The notes: generated from the sequence alone by a model not told the origin. 64,000 nt of DNA from Sporopachydermia quercuum (GCA_001599295.1 BCGN01000001.1:620001-684000); one strand, 5' to 3'. Numbered from the stretch's first letter, positions 37,187-50,800 are shown. Translations and numbers: made by a program.

Positions 37187-37860
37187 CTCAATGGATAACA
37201 ATCATTCAAAAACGTAAAATCGGCCAATAATCAAATTCCAATCCAATCTCTTGCAGTTACAAATCTTCCTTTCAATTTCTGCCTACATATTATTTTTTTC
37301 ACAGCTGCGTCCTCAATAACATTAGCAAATAATCCACAAGCTTTCTTTCTCCTTCACCAACCATCAAATTGAATTCATTCATTCTGTCCTTTTGAGCAAT
37401 AACCGGAAGGTAGGTGCATAACTTCCGGAAAATAGTAAGTGGCAGGACGCGAAATAATTATAACACTTATGGGGTAGATCTCGAGACTTAGATGAATTGC
37501 TAATTAATGCCATAATCAATTTATTGGGGGATGTCTAAAGACTAAAATACTCCAACTGTTCTCAGTCTCAAAGTAAATTTTTACTTAATATAAGGCCATC
37601 ACCGGGAAGTAAAAGAAAGTAAAACAGATGAACAAAAAAGAGCAACAGATTGTGATTATCAAAAGTTGTTGATTGTCATTGGAAAGTACAGAGTTTTAAA
37701 TTCCAACCTGGAAATTTGTGCTTATTGACATTTTGATGGACAAGCATTGGGCTTTTCTAGTCAGCTAAATTGTTAAAAGCTAGGCTGATTAGTAGTATCT
37801 ATATAGATATTGAGTGGCAGATCTCCCATTCATTATTGATCCAGTTTGATAGAGTATAAA

Positions 37861-39157
37861 ATGTGTGATAGTTATAAAAAGCCGGAAAGATATGTGGCTA
37901 ACCTTGGAGAACCAGAGCTGCCTCCGCAGCTTCGGGAACTTTCAGGAACTAGCACAGAAGAGTATTTGAAATCGATGAATCGAATGCCTTTCTTTATGAC
38001 TGAGCTTGATGAAACAGATGGAGAAAATGGAGAGAACATGGCATTAGAAGCTTTGAAAGCACTAGCATATGATGGTGAACCTGATGAAGTAGCCACAAAT
38101 TTTAAGAATCAAGGAAATGATTGTTACAAAGCCAAACGATTTCAAGATGCGATTAATTATTACACCAAAGCACTTGAAGTGAAATGTAATATAGCGGACA
38201 TCGATGCGGCATGCCATCTAAACAGAGCTGCATGTAATTTAGAACTAAGTATGTTGTCATATTTTCAATGTACTCACGGAAGTTTTAACTATTATTGATC
38301 AATTTGTCAGAATAACACTAACCAAAATACTAGAAAACTACCGTCGTTGTATAAATGATTGCAAAGCATCCTTACAATTGCAACCAAATAATATTAAAGC
38401 TTTCTATAGAAGTGCTAGAGCTTTCTATTCTATAGATAAACTAGATGAAGCTGAAGATTGCATTCAGTTTGCTGAAAAATTATTGAACGAATCAGAAAAA
38501 CCAGACCTAGCTACGGAAAATGCTTTAAAGACTTTACTAGCACAATTGAAAGCTAGGGAGAAGAGGAAAAAGGATTTAGAAGAAGCTAAACTGAGGAAAG
38601 AGGAAGAGGAAAGGGAGAAGCGCGATATTTTAGAAATGGCCATTAAGACAAGACGTATTACAATGATAACAACATCAACGGGTAAATCAACTAGTTCTGA
38701 TACCGATTCAGACGAGCTGAGAAAATATCCTAGGTTAGAATCTGAAAAAGATCCCCAGTCAATATTGTTACTCCCATTATCTTTACTATATCCATCAGCT
38801 AATTATAGAGCGGACTTCATTCAAGACGTATCTGAATATTCAAGTATTGGTGAAGAGTTAGAAAATGTGTTTTCCGTTCGACCTCCTTGGTTTACCCAAA
38901 GTGAAAATTCTGATGAAGATGTTTCAGGATACAGTGAGGATTTCAAGCCTGATAATCTGGAGTGCTATCTACAAACAACTAAAGGAGGTATAGTTAAATT
39001 AGGTAAGAAAGTACCTATAATAAATGTTCTTTCTGGTGATAAGGTTGTTGTTCCTGTTATTGATGGTGTGTTGAGAGTGTTTGTATTGCCAAAGAATAAG
39101 GCTAAAGAGTGGATTGCGCAATGGGATAAGGAAAAAGCATTGAAATTATTGTCATAG
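37861..39157 (+). CDS. CNS1: TPR Hsp70/Hsp90 co-chaperone Cns1 (TTC4 family); exons 37861-38248 and 38334-39157 (403 aa)
   Basis: MNRMPFFMTELD, LEALKALAYDGEP.EVATNFKNQGND, NRAACNLELKNYRRC across intron GTATGT...CACTAAC...TAG. Confidence 0.95.
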
Positions 39158-39525
39158 ATCTAGTGCGAGTGATGAGAGAGATGATTTACAGATATATATA
39201 TATATTGGTACTAATTGGTATGCACTAGAAATATAATGAAAAGAGGTGACATTCAGATAATGTAGCATAATGTTTTTGTTGAGTAGTTCGGCAGTTGGAA
39301 ACAATACCGGAAGCGATATATTCTTATGTAGTAAATCATTCATTAACTATTGCAGTGTATAACGATTCAATACCTTATAAATCAGTATCAGTAAAATACA
39401 GGGAAGCTTTTTTGGTTATCAACATGATTATCATTACAATTTTATTCTACTTATAACCAACATATACTCATTCTCTTTCACGTTTTAGATAACATAAATG
39501 ATCTAGAATACATAAAATCATTTCC

Positions 39526-42500
39526 TTACTTTTTCCCCGTACTTGCATGATTATATCCGTACTTGAACCCCATTTCCCTTGCATATTGATTAATTTCTTG
39601 GTTTGTTAAGGCATCTTTTCCTGTCCAATTAGCAGAAGAGCTTCTGGATCTAAATCTTGATACTCTTGCATTCTTAAATATTTCTTCAAGATGCAACGGT
39701 GCAATTGGACCAAATATAGTATCAGGATCAACACCTTGTTGAGCTTGGAGTAATGATTTTAATTCTGGTGAGTTTGCCCATTCTTTAATAATACTTCCAT
39801 CATCGTCATCATCAGAACTAATGGTAATGGTTAGTAAATATAAGAACAAGAAATAGAGCACAGTTAACTTAACGTTGAACTAAGGGAGCAAACCATTTAA
39901 GGTTAAACAAGCAAAACCATAAATAGGAAAACCCTATTAGAGTATAACTTTAAACGGATAATATTATTTTCTTCCCGATATGGTAATAAATCGCTAAACC
40001 TTATCGTATATGTTAATTGTAACCTCAACTTAATTCATTCAATACTTACTCTGAGTAAATTTCTGGCAGCACTGTTGGCTCATTGCTTGCTGAGAAAAGA
40101 ATATTAGATGACTTAAATGGTAAGTATTTATTGGAAACAGGTGTTTTAGCTGTGTTTCCATATGAGTTTCGACCTGCTGAATTATTAGCACTATTGTTGA
40201 TGTTACTATTGCTATTTCCATTATTACCTCCATTGTTACCATTGCTTCCACTATTAGAAGCAAACTTTATCTTATCGCCCGAGAACTTAACTCCATCCAC
40301 ATGTGGTATTACATTGTTATTAATTTTATGATGATGCAGTATTGCTGCTTTCATTAAACTGGCTGGTGGTCCATTAGGACCTGCAAATCTGATACCGGTT
40401 GAGTTAATCGTAGCTCCTGATGTGTTGTTCTGTGCATTATTAGCATTAGAACTAATACTAGAAGTGCTGCTACTATTAGAAGCGTTTGTATTGCTGTTAT
40501 TAACACCATTACTGTTGCTATTACTAGATAGTCTCGTTTCTCGCTTAGCAAAACCTAACCGGCTAGTTCCTGTAGCTTGGTCACTATTCACACCACTATT
40601 GTTATTGCTACTGCTATTACTACCATTACCATTAGCATTTATTCCGGATATTTCCGTCTTTCGTCGTTTAGGCTCAGTATTGCTAGATGATGGAAGGACT
40701 AACTTCGATCCCACTTTCCGGGGTATCGGAGCAGCAAGTATATGATTTTGATTGACCGATTCGTTTCCTGGTGGTTCATTTTCCGCATTGGCAGTTCTTT
40801 TATTATTAGCATTAGCTCTTAATCTATCATTAAAGTCTTTTGAAATGGAAGACAGCGGAGGCATTAAGCTTTTGCTTGGTATTGCCGCTGAGTTAATTTT
40901 CACTGTGTTTGCATTCGTATTGTTGCTTTGCTGATTTGGTAATACCCTGTTTTGGGAAATAGGCCAAGGTTTTAACGGAGCTTCCATAGGAACCTTTCTG
41001 AACATTTGGCGAGGCGGGATGTCCTCCTCTTTGTGTAGAGATTGTAATTTTACTACCTGTGGCTTAGCAATGGCAGTAGTTCCTAATTCGGGAACACTGG
41101 CAGTATTAGAGTTGGAGGTAGACCCTGGATTAGGAAGTGGCTTAGCTAAAGAAACCACTTGTTGTCCAGATTGGTACATTTTTATTTTAGACTTTCCGGG
41201 AGATGCCGTCTTACGGTTTGCGTAAACGCCCGAAAGCTTAGGGTAAATCCTATCGGGATTTCTAGCCGAATTTTGCCGAGTTGGACTTTCATCATTAGTG
41301 GTACTTTTAGTATTGGAATTTTTAGCCGCACTCGACATTGTTGGTGCCATTAGCCTCGAAAAAACACTACTTTCGGATTTTTTAGTAGAACTCGCAATTG
41401 ATGACACAGTTGGTTTTTCCTTTTCCGGCGATACATCCACAACTGCCTTTGACTTTTTAGCGTTAGCATCACTTTTTTTTGGTGATGATTCAAAGAACAT
41501 ATTTTTAGCTCTTCGGAATACTTCTGCTGTTGTGGATGTTACGTTATTCATAGCTGCTGAGACTGGTGACATGGATACCGATGGTTCGGAATCTGTAGGA
41601 GCGGAAACGACTTCGGAAGGAGGCGGAAGCTTCACCTCGCAACGAGGTTCTGTTTTGGCAGTGACCCCCGAAAGTAACTTGACACGTGAGGCGGAAGCGG
41701 GAGGATCCGGTAAAGGAATCCAATCTTCTTCGTCTTTACTAATAGGACGAGTGTTTAGCTTGTTAAAATTTTCTTCGGAAAACCCAGGGGAAAGTTTGAA
41801 TTCGGAATCAGTTCGGCTACTATTTTCAGAGGCAGATAGTTGTTTGAAGTTCAAAAACACATCTTTGTGGTTTGCTTGAGATGATTTAGATGGTGAAGTG
41901 AAAGCCTCTTCTTCTGGATCTGTCATAGATTCTGTTTTCACCCGTTTGGCAGTAAGTGGTTCTTTTCTGGGTAATGAAGCAAAGAAAGATTTCGGGGATG
42001 ATGAAGATGACGAAATAGAAGATAATGATGAGCTTTTTGACGAACTCGGCGTTTTATGCAGCGGTATCTTTTCAGTTCTGGTGTTTTCCCGAGTTATTTC
42101 CGATATACTATCTTTTCCATTATTCATTCCGTTATCTTTTCCGGTTTCTATGGATTGATCGCTTGTTCTAGTAGATAAAGTTTCGGAAGCGTCTTTGAAC
42201 ACATCTTTATCAATTGTTTCCGAATCATCTTCCGACGTTATTTTTTGTAATTCAGATCGTCTACTAATTTCCTTCCGGATAGATTTACTAATAAGCTCAA
42301 AGGAATCATCTGGTGAAAGATTGTTCCCAGTATTCGAAGCAGGGGTTTCCGCTATGGGTATTGTTAGTGGATCAGTCGCATTCTTAGGTGTTGATTGAAT
42401 TCTAAAGCTTATTTCTGGTTCCGTCATCATTTCAGTTGTCGTTCTCGCTAGTGCTTTCGTTTCTGCTTCTCTTTCCACTTCTCTTTCCCCTCCTTTTTCC

Positions 42501-42827
42501 GCTTCTAGTTTTGATTCGTGCTGTCTACTCAAATGTTAGTATCATTTCCTCAGACAAATCAGTCAAAGCAATCCAATTAAATACATACAAAATATCTTTT
42601 TTGATATCAGAAAAGCGCTGATCCATCCATGAAAACTCTCCCTGAGCCATAAAAGCAAAATGTTCAACCTCACATTCCATTATCTTGGTCATCTTCTTTA
42701 CTTCAGTTATAGCAAACATTGAACCACTTGACGAGCTAGAGCTATTGCTATTACTATTACTATTACTATCATGTCTCCTAACATAGGCAGAAGGGCCAAT
42801 AGCAGAAGATCCTGTTGACAGTGTCAT
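39526..42827 (-). CDS. SLI15: Inner centromere protein INCENP/Sli15; exons 42827-42589, 42524-40050, 39817-39526 (1001 aa)
   Basis: C-terminal IN-box LPEIYSDSDDDD...WANSPELKSLLQAQQGVDPDTIFG...RFRSRSSSANW; N-terminal INCENP helix EVEHFAF...EFSWMDQ; two canonical phase-2 introns give 3006 nt in frame; convergent with CNS1. Confidence 0.9.
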
Positions 42828-44439
42828 TTCCTGAATAATTATATGTGAAGTAAAATAGAAATTTGCGGATCCTTACTAATACAACAAGTGTTGAGATATT
42901 AACTGACTTATGAATGATTTTCGTACGCAGATAGGGTATAAAGATATTGTTTGTTAGCGTGACTTTGACTATTAGATCGAAGAATCATCAATTTGCCATC
43001 CTGCGACTGCCTTATTGCTTTTCATGGGAATCTATCAATGGATGCTGCACTGAGATGTTTTGTAGATCGATTTCTGCCAAGAAGATTCCCTCTGGTAGTT
43101 ATGGAGACTGTAAATAGCCGGAAAATGTATATCTATCAATAGTATAGTATACTATTATGAAAACATATATCTGTTTTAACGTATGAGTCAATGAACAATA
43201 ATGAACAATGAACAAACATACAAAAGAAAGAAGGGTTGCTTCTACTAAACCTAGACAACAGCTTGAAAATTGTTGGATTATTTGCTAACAATTGCTAGTC
43301 TTTTATATAGAAAACAATGGTACATCAATGGCAGGTCAATAGTGCTTCAACGCATAATACAACACTTGGTGAGAGTACAAGAAAGGCATTGTAAGAGCCG
43401 TTTTGTTATTCAAACGAAAAGAAAGCTAGGTTTTTGTAGTAGAATAAGTTCCTAAAAGGGAATGTTGATGTTTTCCTGTTTTGGGTATTGAATTAATAAC
43501 GAGAATCAGAGGGTGATTCTGAACGTTCTTTATATATTGAGACCATACTGAAAACAAAAATTAAAGTTTACATGTAAGATACTTCGTAAAGAATTTGTTG
43601 TAATGATCCTTGTATTCTCTACTATTATTAAAAGAATAGAAAAAATAAAAATGAATGAATGTAAAGAAATTATTTATTAAGATATACTTCTCAATTGAAC
43701 TTGATGGAGTGATCTATGACGCTATTAGTTTGTTTTATATTAATTGTAGCAGATCTGAAATCAATCCGTTTCACATCTCATCTCGACAATAAGAATGGAG
43801 TTGGAATTAGATGAAGATGATGCACAATGAGGAGCAATAAATGATGAGCTGTAAAGAAGAGATAGAATATATTTGAAAGATATGAAGTAAATGAGATGAA
43901 TTAAGGTGAAAATAAGAGACTGTCTGGAGCTATTGGTGGCTTGTTATAAAGAGTTCTTACTTGTTTTTGTTCTATTAGGTTGTAATTGTGGATTCCAATG
44001 TTGAAATAGTGCATGAATTATACAGAAACCCACAAGAGATTGGTAACTTAAGGGGGACAGGTTGGAGATTGAATGGGAAAGAATTGGAAGATACCAATAT
44101 ATAGATAAACGGAAGAGCTAAAATAAAGGACTTACAGTAATGACTCACGTAGATTCTTTAGATTATTATAATTGAGAAGCAACTGTCAACTGGAATTATT
44201 GATGGTCTTGCTACTTTTATGTCATAGCTCAAAAACATTGAATAGTAGGAGATAAGCATGGTGTTTCTTAATACACCTCTATTATTAGACTGTTGATGCT
44301 ACAAACAACATACGCCTATTCGATCAATAAACACTCGGCTTCTTCATAAAAGACTTTATAATCATATTCATCAAAATCTATATATATATATATTATCTTT
44401 TGCATAACACTGAGCAACATATGTATAATTTCAACTTAT

Positions 44440-47400
44440 TTACATTAATGTAGTACGTCCTCCAATATCAGTACTAGCACTACCATCAGGCATATCACCA
44501 CTTCTTCCTGCGATAAAACTATAGTAGATATTTTCCAGTTTCCGTTGTTCCGAGATGGAGATACTTGGCTTGGTCTCTTTTAATGACTTTGCAAAATGTC
44601 GAGAGTTTATTTCAATCTTGCGGTTATTGTTTGACGAGGTCTCTGTTCTTTTCAAATGCTTTTGATTAACCTCCCAATAACTTAAATTCTCGGTAAGTGA
44701 CTGGATCTGTTTATACAGCTTGACTCTATCCGAAGGGTTTATATCTCGAGCAGCTTTTCTGGTTAAAGTTTGTCCCGAGCCTAATCCGGAGGCCGAGTTA
44801 GATTTTGATCCGATACCCATGGGAATAAACTCAATTGAATCTTCTTGCTTCCCTCTTTTGTTTCCGTTGAAATCACCATTGTTGTTCCCTTCTGCTTCTG
44901 ATTCTTCCTCATTGAGTCTCTCATGAACCGCCTCCAAATAAGCATTATATGTTAACGCTTGTAAATCGGCTCCAGAAAATCCTTCAGCTTGCTGTGCCAC
45001 ATATCTTAGGTCCACGTCCAAACTAAGCTCCATTTTTCCCGATATTGCTTTTAAAATATCCTCTCGGTCTTCAACATTTGGCATATCACATAACACAGAT
45101 TTATCTAATCTACCAGGTCGTAATAAAGCCGAATCAATTAAATCCGGTCGACTTGTCGCTGCTAATACATAAACTCCATCCAAACCTTCGGCACCATCCA
45201 TTTGTGTTAACATTTGATTCACAACTCTATCGGTAACTCCTGTTGAATCATGCCCTCTTTTTGGGGCTATTGAGTCAAATTCATCGAAAAAAAGAATACA
45301 CGGTTTAGCTGCTTGTGCTCTCTCAAATAACTCTCGGACTGATTGCTCCGAAGCTCCAATATATTTATTTAAGATTTCCGGACCTTTAATAGAGATAAAG
45401 TTTAACCCACATTGAGATGCAACAGCTGAGGCTAAGAATGTCTTTCCACATCCGGGATATCCATACAAAAGAATACCCGACCGGAGCCTGAGAGGACTAG
45501 ATTCAAAAATAGGTGCATATTTAGTAGGCCATTCCAAAGTTTCCAGAAGAATTGATTTGGCCTCTGTCAAACCTCCTATATCTTTCCAACTGGTAGCCGA
45601 TTTTTGCAATTTTACTCCTCTTAAAGAAGATGGGATAAAATTAGCTAACGCCGATGAGAAATTCTCTTCCGAAATTTCAACCGGAGATGAAATTTGACCC
45701 GCTTCTGAGAGTTCAAGTAAGCCTTCATGTTTGGCTCGTTCTACTACAATTTTCAAATCTGCGGCAAGAAAGCCTTCAGTTTGGGCTGCTATATCTCCCA
45801 GATCGATTTTCCGAGATACGTAAGCCTGTTGAACTCTAATCTGTTCGGATATAATTATTTTGCGGATTTCTCCATCTGGAGGGAATATTCGGAAGGTATC
45901 TTCTAGTACATGACTTTGAAGCAGTAGAGAGTTTATACTATCTTTACCGGATGATGAAGCTAAAAGCGATATTTTCCGATACCCAGACACAGAGCAGAAC
46001 TCATTTCGAAAATGCTCGGCAAACTGACGAGCTGCAGAACTATCGGAATGTTCTGATTCCGAAGGTATAAGTTTATCAAGATCATCAAGTACTAGTACTG
46101 AAGGAGAATACCAACTCGCTTGCAAGAACCATTGTGTTATTAAATTTTTTGTTCCGGGGATTCCCGTTTCTGATCCAATGTTTCCACACGCTATCGGAAT
46201 AACTCGGACCCCAATATCGGCTAATTGTTCCGCTACTTGTTTCAATACGGAAGATTTGCCTGATCCAGCTGTTCCGTAAATTAAGGAACCCAATCTTCTG
46301 TTTTTGACGGTTCGGAAAACTTTATGAAGAAGTTTGTCGTATCCAACAACTTTAGCAGAAAAGCCAGAAGCGGAGCTTTTGCCGAAAGGGGCGATTTCAG
46401 AGACTGGTCGGAGGATTTCGGATCCAATTTCAATAGCAAAATCACGGTTCGAAACGGAATTGAGCCAACCATCATGCTGTTTAAATTCAATTACTCCACC
46501 ATTCGGTAAATGTTCAATAGGAGCCAGTTGACATCCGTTAGTTATAATGGCGGAAAAGATACCCGAGCTGATCAGGTCAATTCTTAGGGATTCTATTCTC
46601 TTTTCGAGTTCTGTGGTTTCCACTTCATCCGATTCATTCCTACCTGATCCCGATTTAAGCTTTAATCCCGAGCTGGCGCGGCCAGGTTTGGTTTCAGTAA
46701 TATAGGGATGAATTATTAAGCACTCTGGAGTTCGGGACAGCGGCTTGCCCGCATTTTGTACTGATATGATGCTTCCGAGCTGTCCCGATAAATTAAGGGC
46801 AGCTGATAAAGCAGGAGAAACACCGGCTTGTCCTTCGGGTGCAAATGGATAATGAATCAATCTAGCTGTTATTTTTTGTGCTGGGGGATTTACTGTTGAG
46901 TTACTTTTCTGATCATCCGAGACATCGGCAGTTGGAAGGTATTTTGGAGGTTTTACAAATGGCGGTAAAACCACTGAAATGGATACAAATTCAGCTGAAG
47001 TTAATATAGGCAGTAATGGGACTGTATCGGTGAAAATGGCAAATTGAGCTTCAGAAGCAGTTCCTGAATTGGAAAGCTCAGAGGGGAAAAGCGGGTGAGG
47101 TAACGGAATTACTCGCAGCAATTGAGCTTTTGGTTCGGCAGACTTCTTAGCGGCAGTAGTAATACTACTACGAGATCTTCCAGTGGCACTTTTGCTTTTA
47201 CTTCGTCTACTAGAACTTGCAGAACCTTCCTTAGCTTTCCGAGTTTTGGGTGCAATGATTATCTCACATGTTGGAGATAATCTAGCCACAGGACCGGAAA
47301 AATCGGGATCAATTGCAACCACAGTCAAAGTTGCATGTGCTGTGGGACTAGGAAATACAGTTATTACACCGCCAACAGAAACCGCTCTCACTTGGTTGAT

Positions 47401-47823
47401 AAGCCGATCTTCTAAATACTGAGCATGAATCTCCACTAGTTCCCAGTCAGAAGCAGTCACCGGCTCTAGTCGGACTGTGAAGGCTTCGGGTGGATTCGGA
47501 ACAAGTTCCAATTTAACCGTATCTGTTTCCTTGAGTCCAATATCGGCGGCAAATATCGGATCGATTTCAACTATGTTATTGCTATTGTTATTCTCATCGG
47601 AACGGACAGTAGAGTTTGGTAGCCCAGAGCTTCCGCTCGTCATTCCAGTCCAACCGAAGAAAGCCGAAGATGTTTTCTTCCGATCGGAGTTCCAAGTTGC
47701 TTTTATAACAACATGCTGCGCCACTAAATTTGCCAAATAAAGCTGATTTGCTAACGAATTGGGTAAATTTACTAAATTACTCCGCAATGGCACAAACGAC
47801 ACTATGGCTGACAACGAGGACAT
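44440..47823 (-). CDS. PEX1: Peroxisomal AAA+ ATPase Pex1
   Basis: PEX1-N motifs (GWTG, LEPVTASDWELVEIHA), D1 GTAGSGKS, D2 GYPGCGKT, FFDEFDSIAPKRGHDSTGVTDRVVNQ, C-terminal IGGRTTLM. Confidence 0.97.
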   Translation of the reverse strand: MSSLSAIVSFVPLRSNLVNLPNSLANQLYLANLVAQHVVIKATWNSDRKKTSSAFFGWTGMTSGSSGLPNSTVRSDENNNSNNIVEIDPIFAADIGLKETDTVKLELVPNPPEAFTVRLEPVTASDWELVEIHAQYLEDRLINQVRAVSVGGVITVFPSPTAHATLTVVAIDPDFSGPVARLSPTCEIIIAPKTRKAKEGSASSSRRSKSKSATGRSRSSITTAAKKSAEPKAQLLRVIPLPHPLFPSELSNSGTASEAQFAIFTDTVPLLPILTSAEFVSISVVLPPFVKPPKYLPTADVSDDQKSNSTVNPPAQKITARLIHYPFAPEGQAGVSPALSAALNLSGQLGSIISVQNAGKPLSRTPECLIIHPYITETKPGRASSGLKLKSGSGRNESDEVETTELEKRIESLRIDLISSGIFSAIITNGCQLAPIEHLPNGGVIEFKQHDGWLNSVSNRDFAIEIGSEILRPVSEIAPFGKSSASGFSAKVVGYDKLLHKVFRTVKNRRLGSLIYGTAGSGKSSVLKQVAEQLADIGVRVIPIACGNIGSETGIPGTKNLITQWFLQASWYSPSVLVLDDLDKLIPSESEHSDSSAARQFAEHFRNEFCSVSGYRKISLLASSSGKDSINSLLLQSHVLEDTFRIFPPDGEIRKIIISEQIRVQQAYVSRKIDLGDIAAQTEGFLAADLKIVVERAKHEGLLELSEAGQISSPVEISEENFSSALANFIPSSLRGVKLQKSATSWKDIGGLTEAKSILLETLEWPTKYAPIFESSPLRLRSGILLYGYPGCGKTFLASAVASQCGLNFISIKGPEILNKYIGASEQSVRELFERAQAAKPCILFFDEFDSIAPKRGHDSTGVTDRVVNQMLTQMDGAEGLDGVYVLAATSRPDLIDSALLRPGRLDKSVLCDMPNVEDREDILKAISGKMELSLDVDLRYVAQQAEGFSGADLQALTYNAYLEAVHERLNEEESEAEGNNNGDFNGNKRGKQEDSIEFIPMGIGSKSNSASGLGSGQTLTRKAARDINPSDRVKLYKQIQSLTENLSYWEVNQKHLKRTETSSNNNRKIEINSRHFAKSLKETKPSISISEQRKLENIYYSFIAGRSGDMPDGSASTDIGGRTTLM

Positions 47824-50800
47824 TTCTGAAATTACTGCGGCGCAGGCGCAGATTAAATAACGTAACTAAATTGGTGAGCCAAACGAAAAGAGTCTCAAGT
47901 CCTAGTAGTTTGAATTAATAGTAGCTCAAATGATTTTTACAATTCAGAAGATAGATAGAGATACGCATTTATATTCAAGTTTCGTAGAGAGAAGATAAAT
48001 TACACCAGAGTGTGGGGATGGAAGTTGTTTGTTAGGAACGTTTCCGTTGCCGAGGGTATTATGTCCGGTTTTTAATTGGGCTAGTTTCCGATTTCAGGGA
48101 AGGTCTGGAGACTAATAATTTTGACATAGGGTTACCGAAGGTTGTATGTTGTACGTAAAAATGCAAAAGAGGAATATAGATGTTGTGGTATACGATAGGA
48201 AGTGCNAGAAGACCGCGGAATAGATTGTTAGCGTTACAGAAGAATATAAACTTAAGTTGGGGTATTGTGCAATTTATGTAGTAGAAATATATATAATGTA
48301 TGCGGGAGAAGAGGATGAATTTTACAGATAGTCAGCATTTCGGATAATTTGAGTGGTCGTTAAACTCATTAAGTATGCAGATCTTAACATAGGGATAGAA
48401 ATTAGCTATGAATCTAAAGCGTGGAAGTTGAGTTAGTTTTATATGGCATTTAATGAGTTGAGGACATTGGAATGGTTGGGGTTTTCCTCGTTTCTTTTTG
48501 TTCAAATGAGAAGTATGCAATTACTAGCATAGTTTGAGTACAGGATCAGAACTTATTTTAAACAAAAGTTAATATACTTATAACTCTTTTTTTACCAATA
48601 GAATTAAGGTGTCAAACTGTACTTAATAATTAAGGTGTGAAGTAAAGAGTACTCAGAAGGATACATGCACTGATATTCCAACTGGTTCAATCAAATTTTG
48701 AGTGAATTGTTGCTCCTAATTCTCAAATGTATTGGGAATTATTCTTCTAGGATTTCAAATGAAATTTGTCAGCCTTACAGTTATGTTTTATCGTATTTAC
48801 TGGCGGAAAGGCAAGGTGTACCGAATATCGAAGTTAGCTCTCGAATCAAGTGTAGTTTGAACCTAAATCAAACTTACCTTCAGGCTTAAAAATTTCAGAT
48901 TCTTTTTCTTTTCACACCGAGCAAAGCCCAGTGAGATCAACTTGCATCTTTCAACAGTACCGCCAATTTATATATTACTGAAAGTTATTTCAAAGCAGAT
49001 ATTTTATCAGAAACAGTGAGATAGTATAGAATTATTTCATGGACCTGTATGATTTGAATAAACTCATGAATAACAGGTCAAGGCCCATTGATTGGAAGGC
49101 TCCATTGTTTATAAAACTGGTTGATTCATAGTTCAACTTATATATTTATTCGTAGATGCGAAGTACGGAATAGTCATAATTGGTTTTGGAGCATAGTAAA
49201 GGTTCCCTACAATTTACACAACGTCTTATTATTATTTATAAAGTGTGTTTCAAAAAGATTCTCTAATACTGAGGAAAGCGTTGTCCTTAATGATTTTAAG
49301 TTTATTAAGTAATTATGTATACAAAATGTAACAAAAGCCTTTGTTTCTATATTAGTCTTTTTAGTATGTAAAATGTGGAGGAGTACTTTCACATTCAAGT
49401 ATTTCTATTTCTATCATTTAGACTTTATAGCTTTTCATGCACATAATTTCCACCTTAACCTAATAATGCTGTTAATAACTGATCACATAATCCTAATTAT
49501 ATGTAACTTCATGTAGCTTCCTGTCGTCATACAAGATTATGAACTTAAAATATTACTGATAAAGTTCGGGATTGTAACNTTATTGCGATGTTATAGATTC
49601 AGCAGGAACTTCAACTTTCAGATCAGATACGTAACTTAAGGTGTACAATAAGAATAATCTCACAGGATTCAAAATGAAGCGAATGAGACATCTAGAAACA
49701 GCGCTTCCTTTGCCAATTATATAAAGTCTTACGAGGAGAATTTAAAAGAACATTTTAACGGACAAAGCAGATTTCAATGAAAACTTTCAGCTTGCTTTCT
49801 TGTTAGCTAACAAGGTATAATATCATGATATTCATAGATCGAAAGTTATTTGGAGGAATATGATTTGATTCCTTGATTTCACTTCAAAAGCAACTTCAAA
49901 TTAAACAAAAATATGGTCTCAATTTTTAACTAGAAATTGAAAAATCACAATTTGGCTGAAGAAGGGGAAAAACTAATCACATCAAGAATACCATACTTTT
50001 AAATTCTAAAATACTTTCCGTGGAATACCTTCCATATATAATGTATCATAAATTGAATGGATTTATCGGAACTAAGAATAATACAAAAATACAAATTTAT
50101 AAGAAGATTGGAAGGGCCCAAAAGCCAATATCCTGCTCACAACTAAAGTCAGTATTTCTCAGATAGCATTATAAGACAGTGAAAGATTCGACAAGAATTA
50201 AACTGTAGAACGACGAGAAACTATTAGGAAAACATGAGCAAATGTAGCTTTCTTAGATCAAATGAGGCATATTTCGGTCTCTACAGTTTTCTTTTCTTGC
50301 TACATAAATGTCATATATATATATATTCCTTTGAGTTATCTTAAACGTCTAAGCATAAAAAGAGAGGAACCAATTAAACTTTAGAACCTAGATTTAATTT
50401 TTCAGAATGAAGATGTATAAGTCAATCAATCAGATTGACGTATTAGTGCATGTGCTGAACAAATATACATCACAAAAGTTTAAACCTTGTCTAATGGCAT
50501 TGTTCGAAAGGGAGAATAAGAACACATTTGATGATATTCCAGGAAATTTTTGAAGGGTGATATTTCATCTTTTCTTGGAGTTTGGAACAAAAACTAGTTT
50601 GAGATTTTGTAATTTTTCTCTTTCGATATTTTACAAGAAAGAATTGCATTTTTTCAATAAACTTGAAGACAAGGATATGGAGAATTAACGTTACCAGATG
50701 GTATTTTGAAATTCAGACCCAAACTGTAGTCAAAACCTTAAATATAGGCTCGGTAAAGAATGTTTTGCGCCAGATACCACACATAAGTAGCTGGTAAAAT

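Noticed and set aside
40083..42398. Multiple plus-strand Leu/Ser-rich ORFs (also those opposite NEJ1, the FAS1 gene, POM152 and PEX1)
   Set aside because: Antisense shadows of low-complexity coding sequence.
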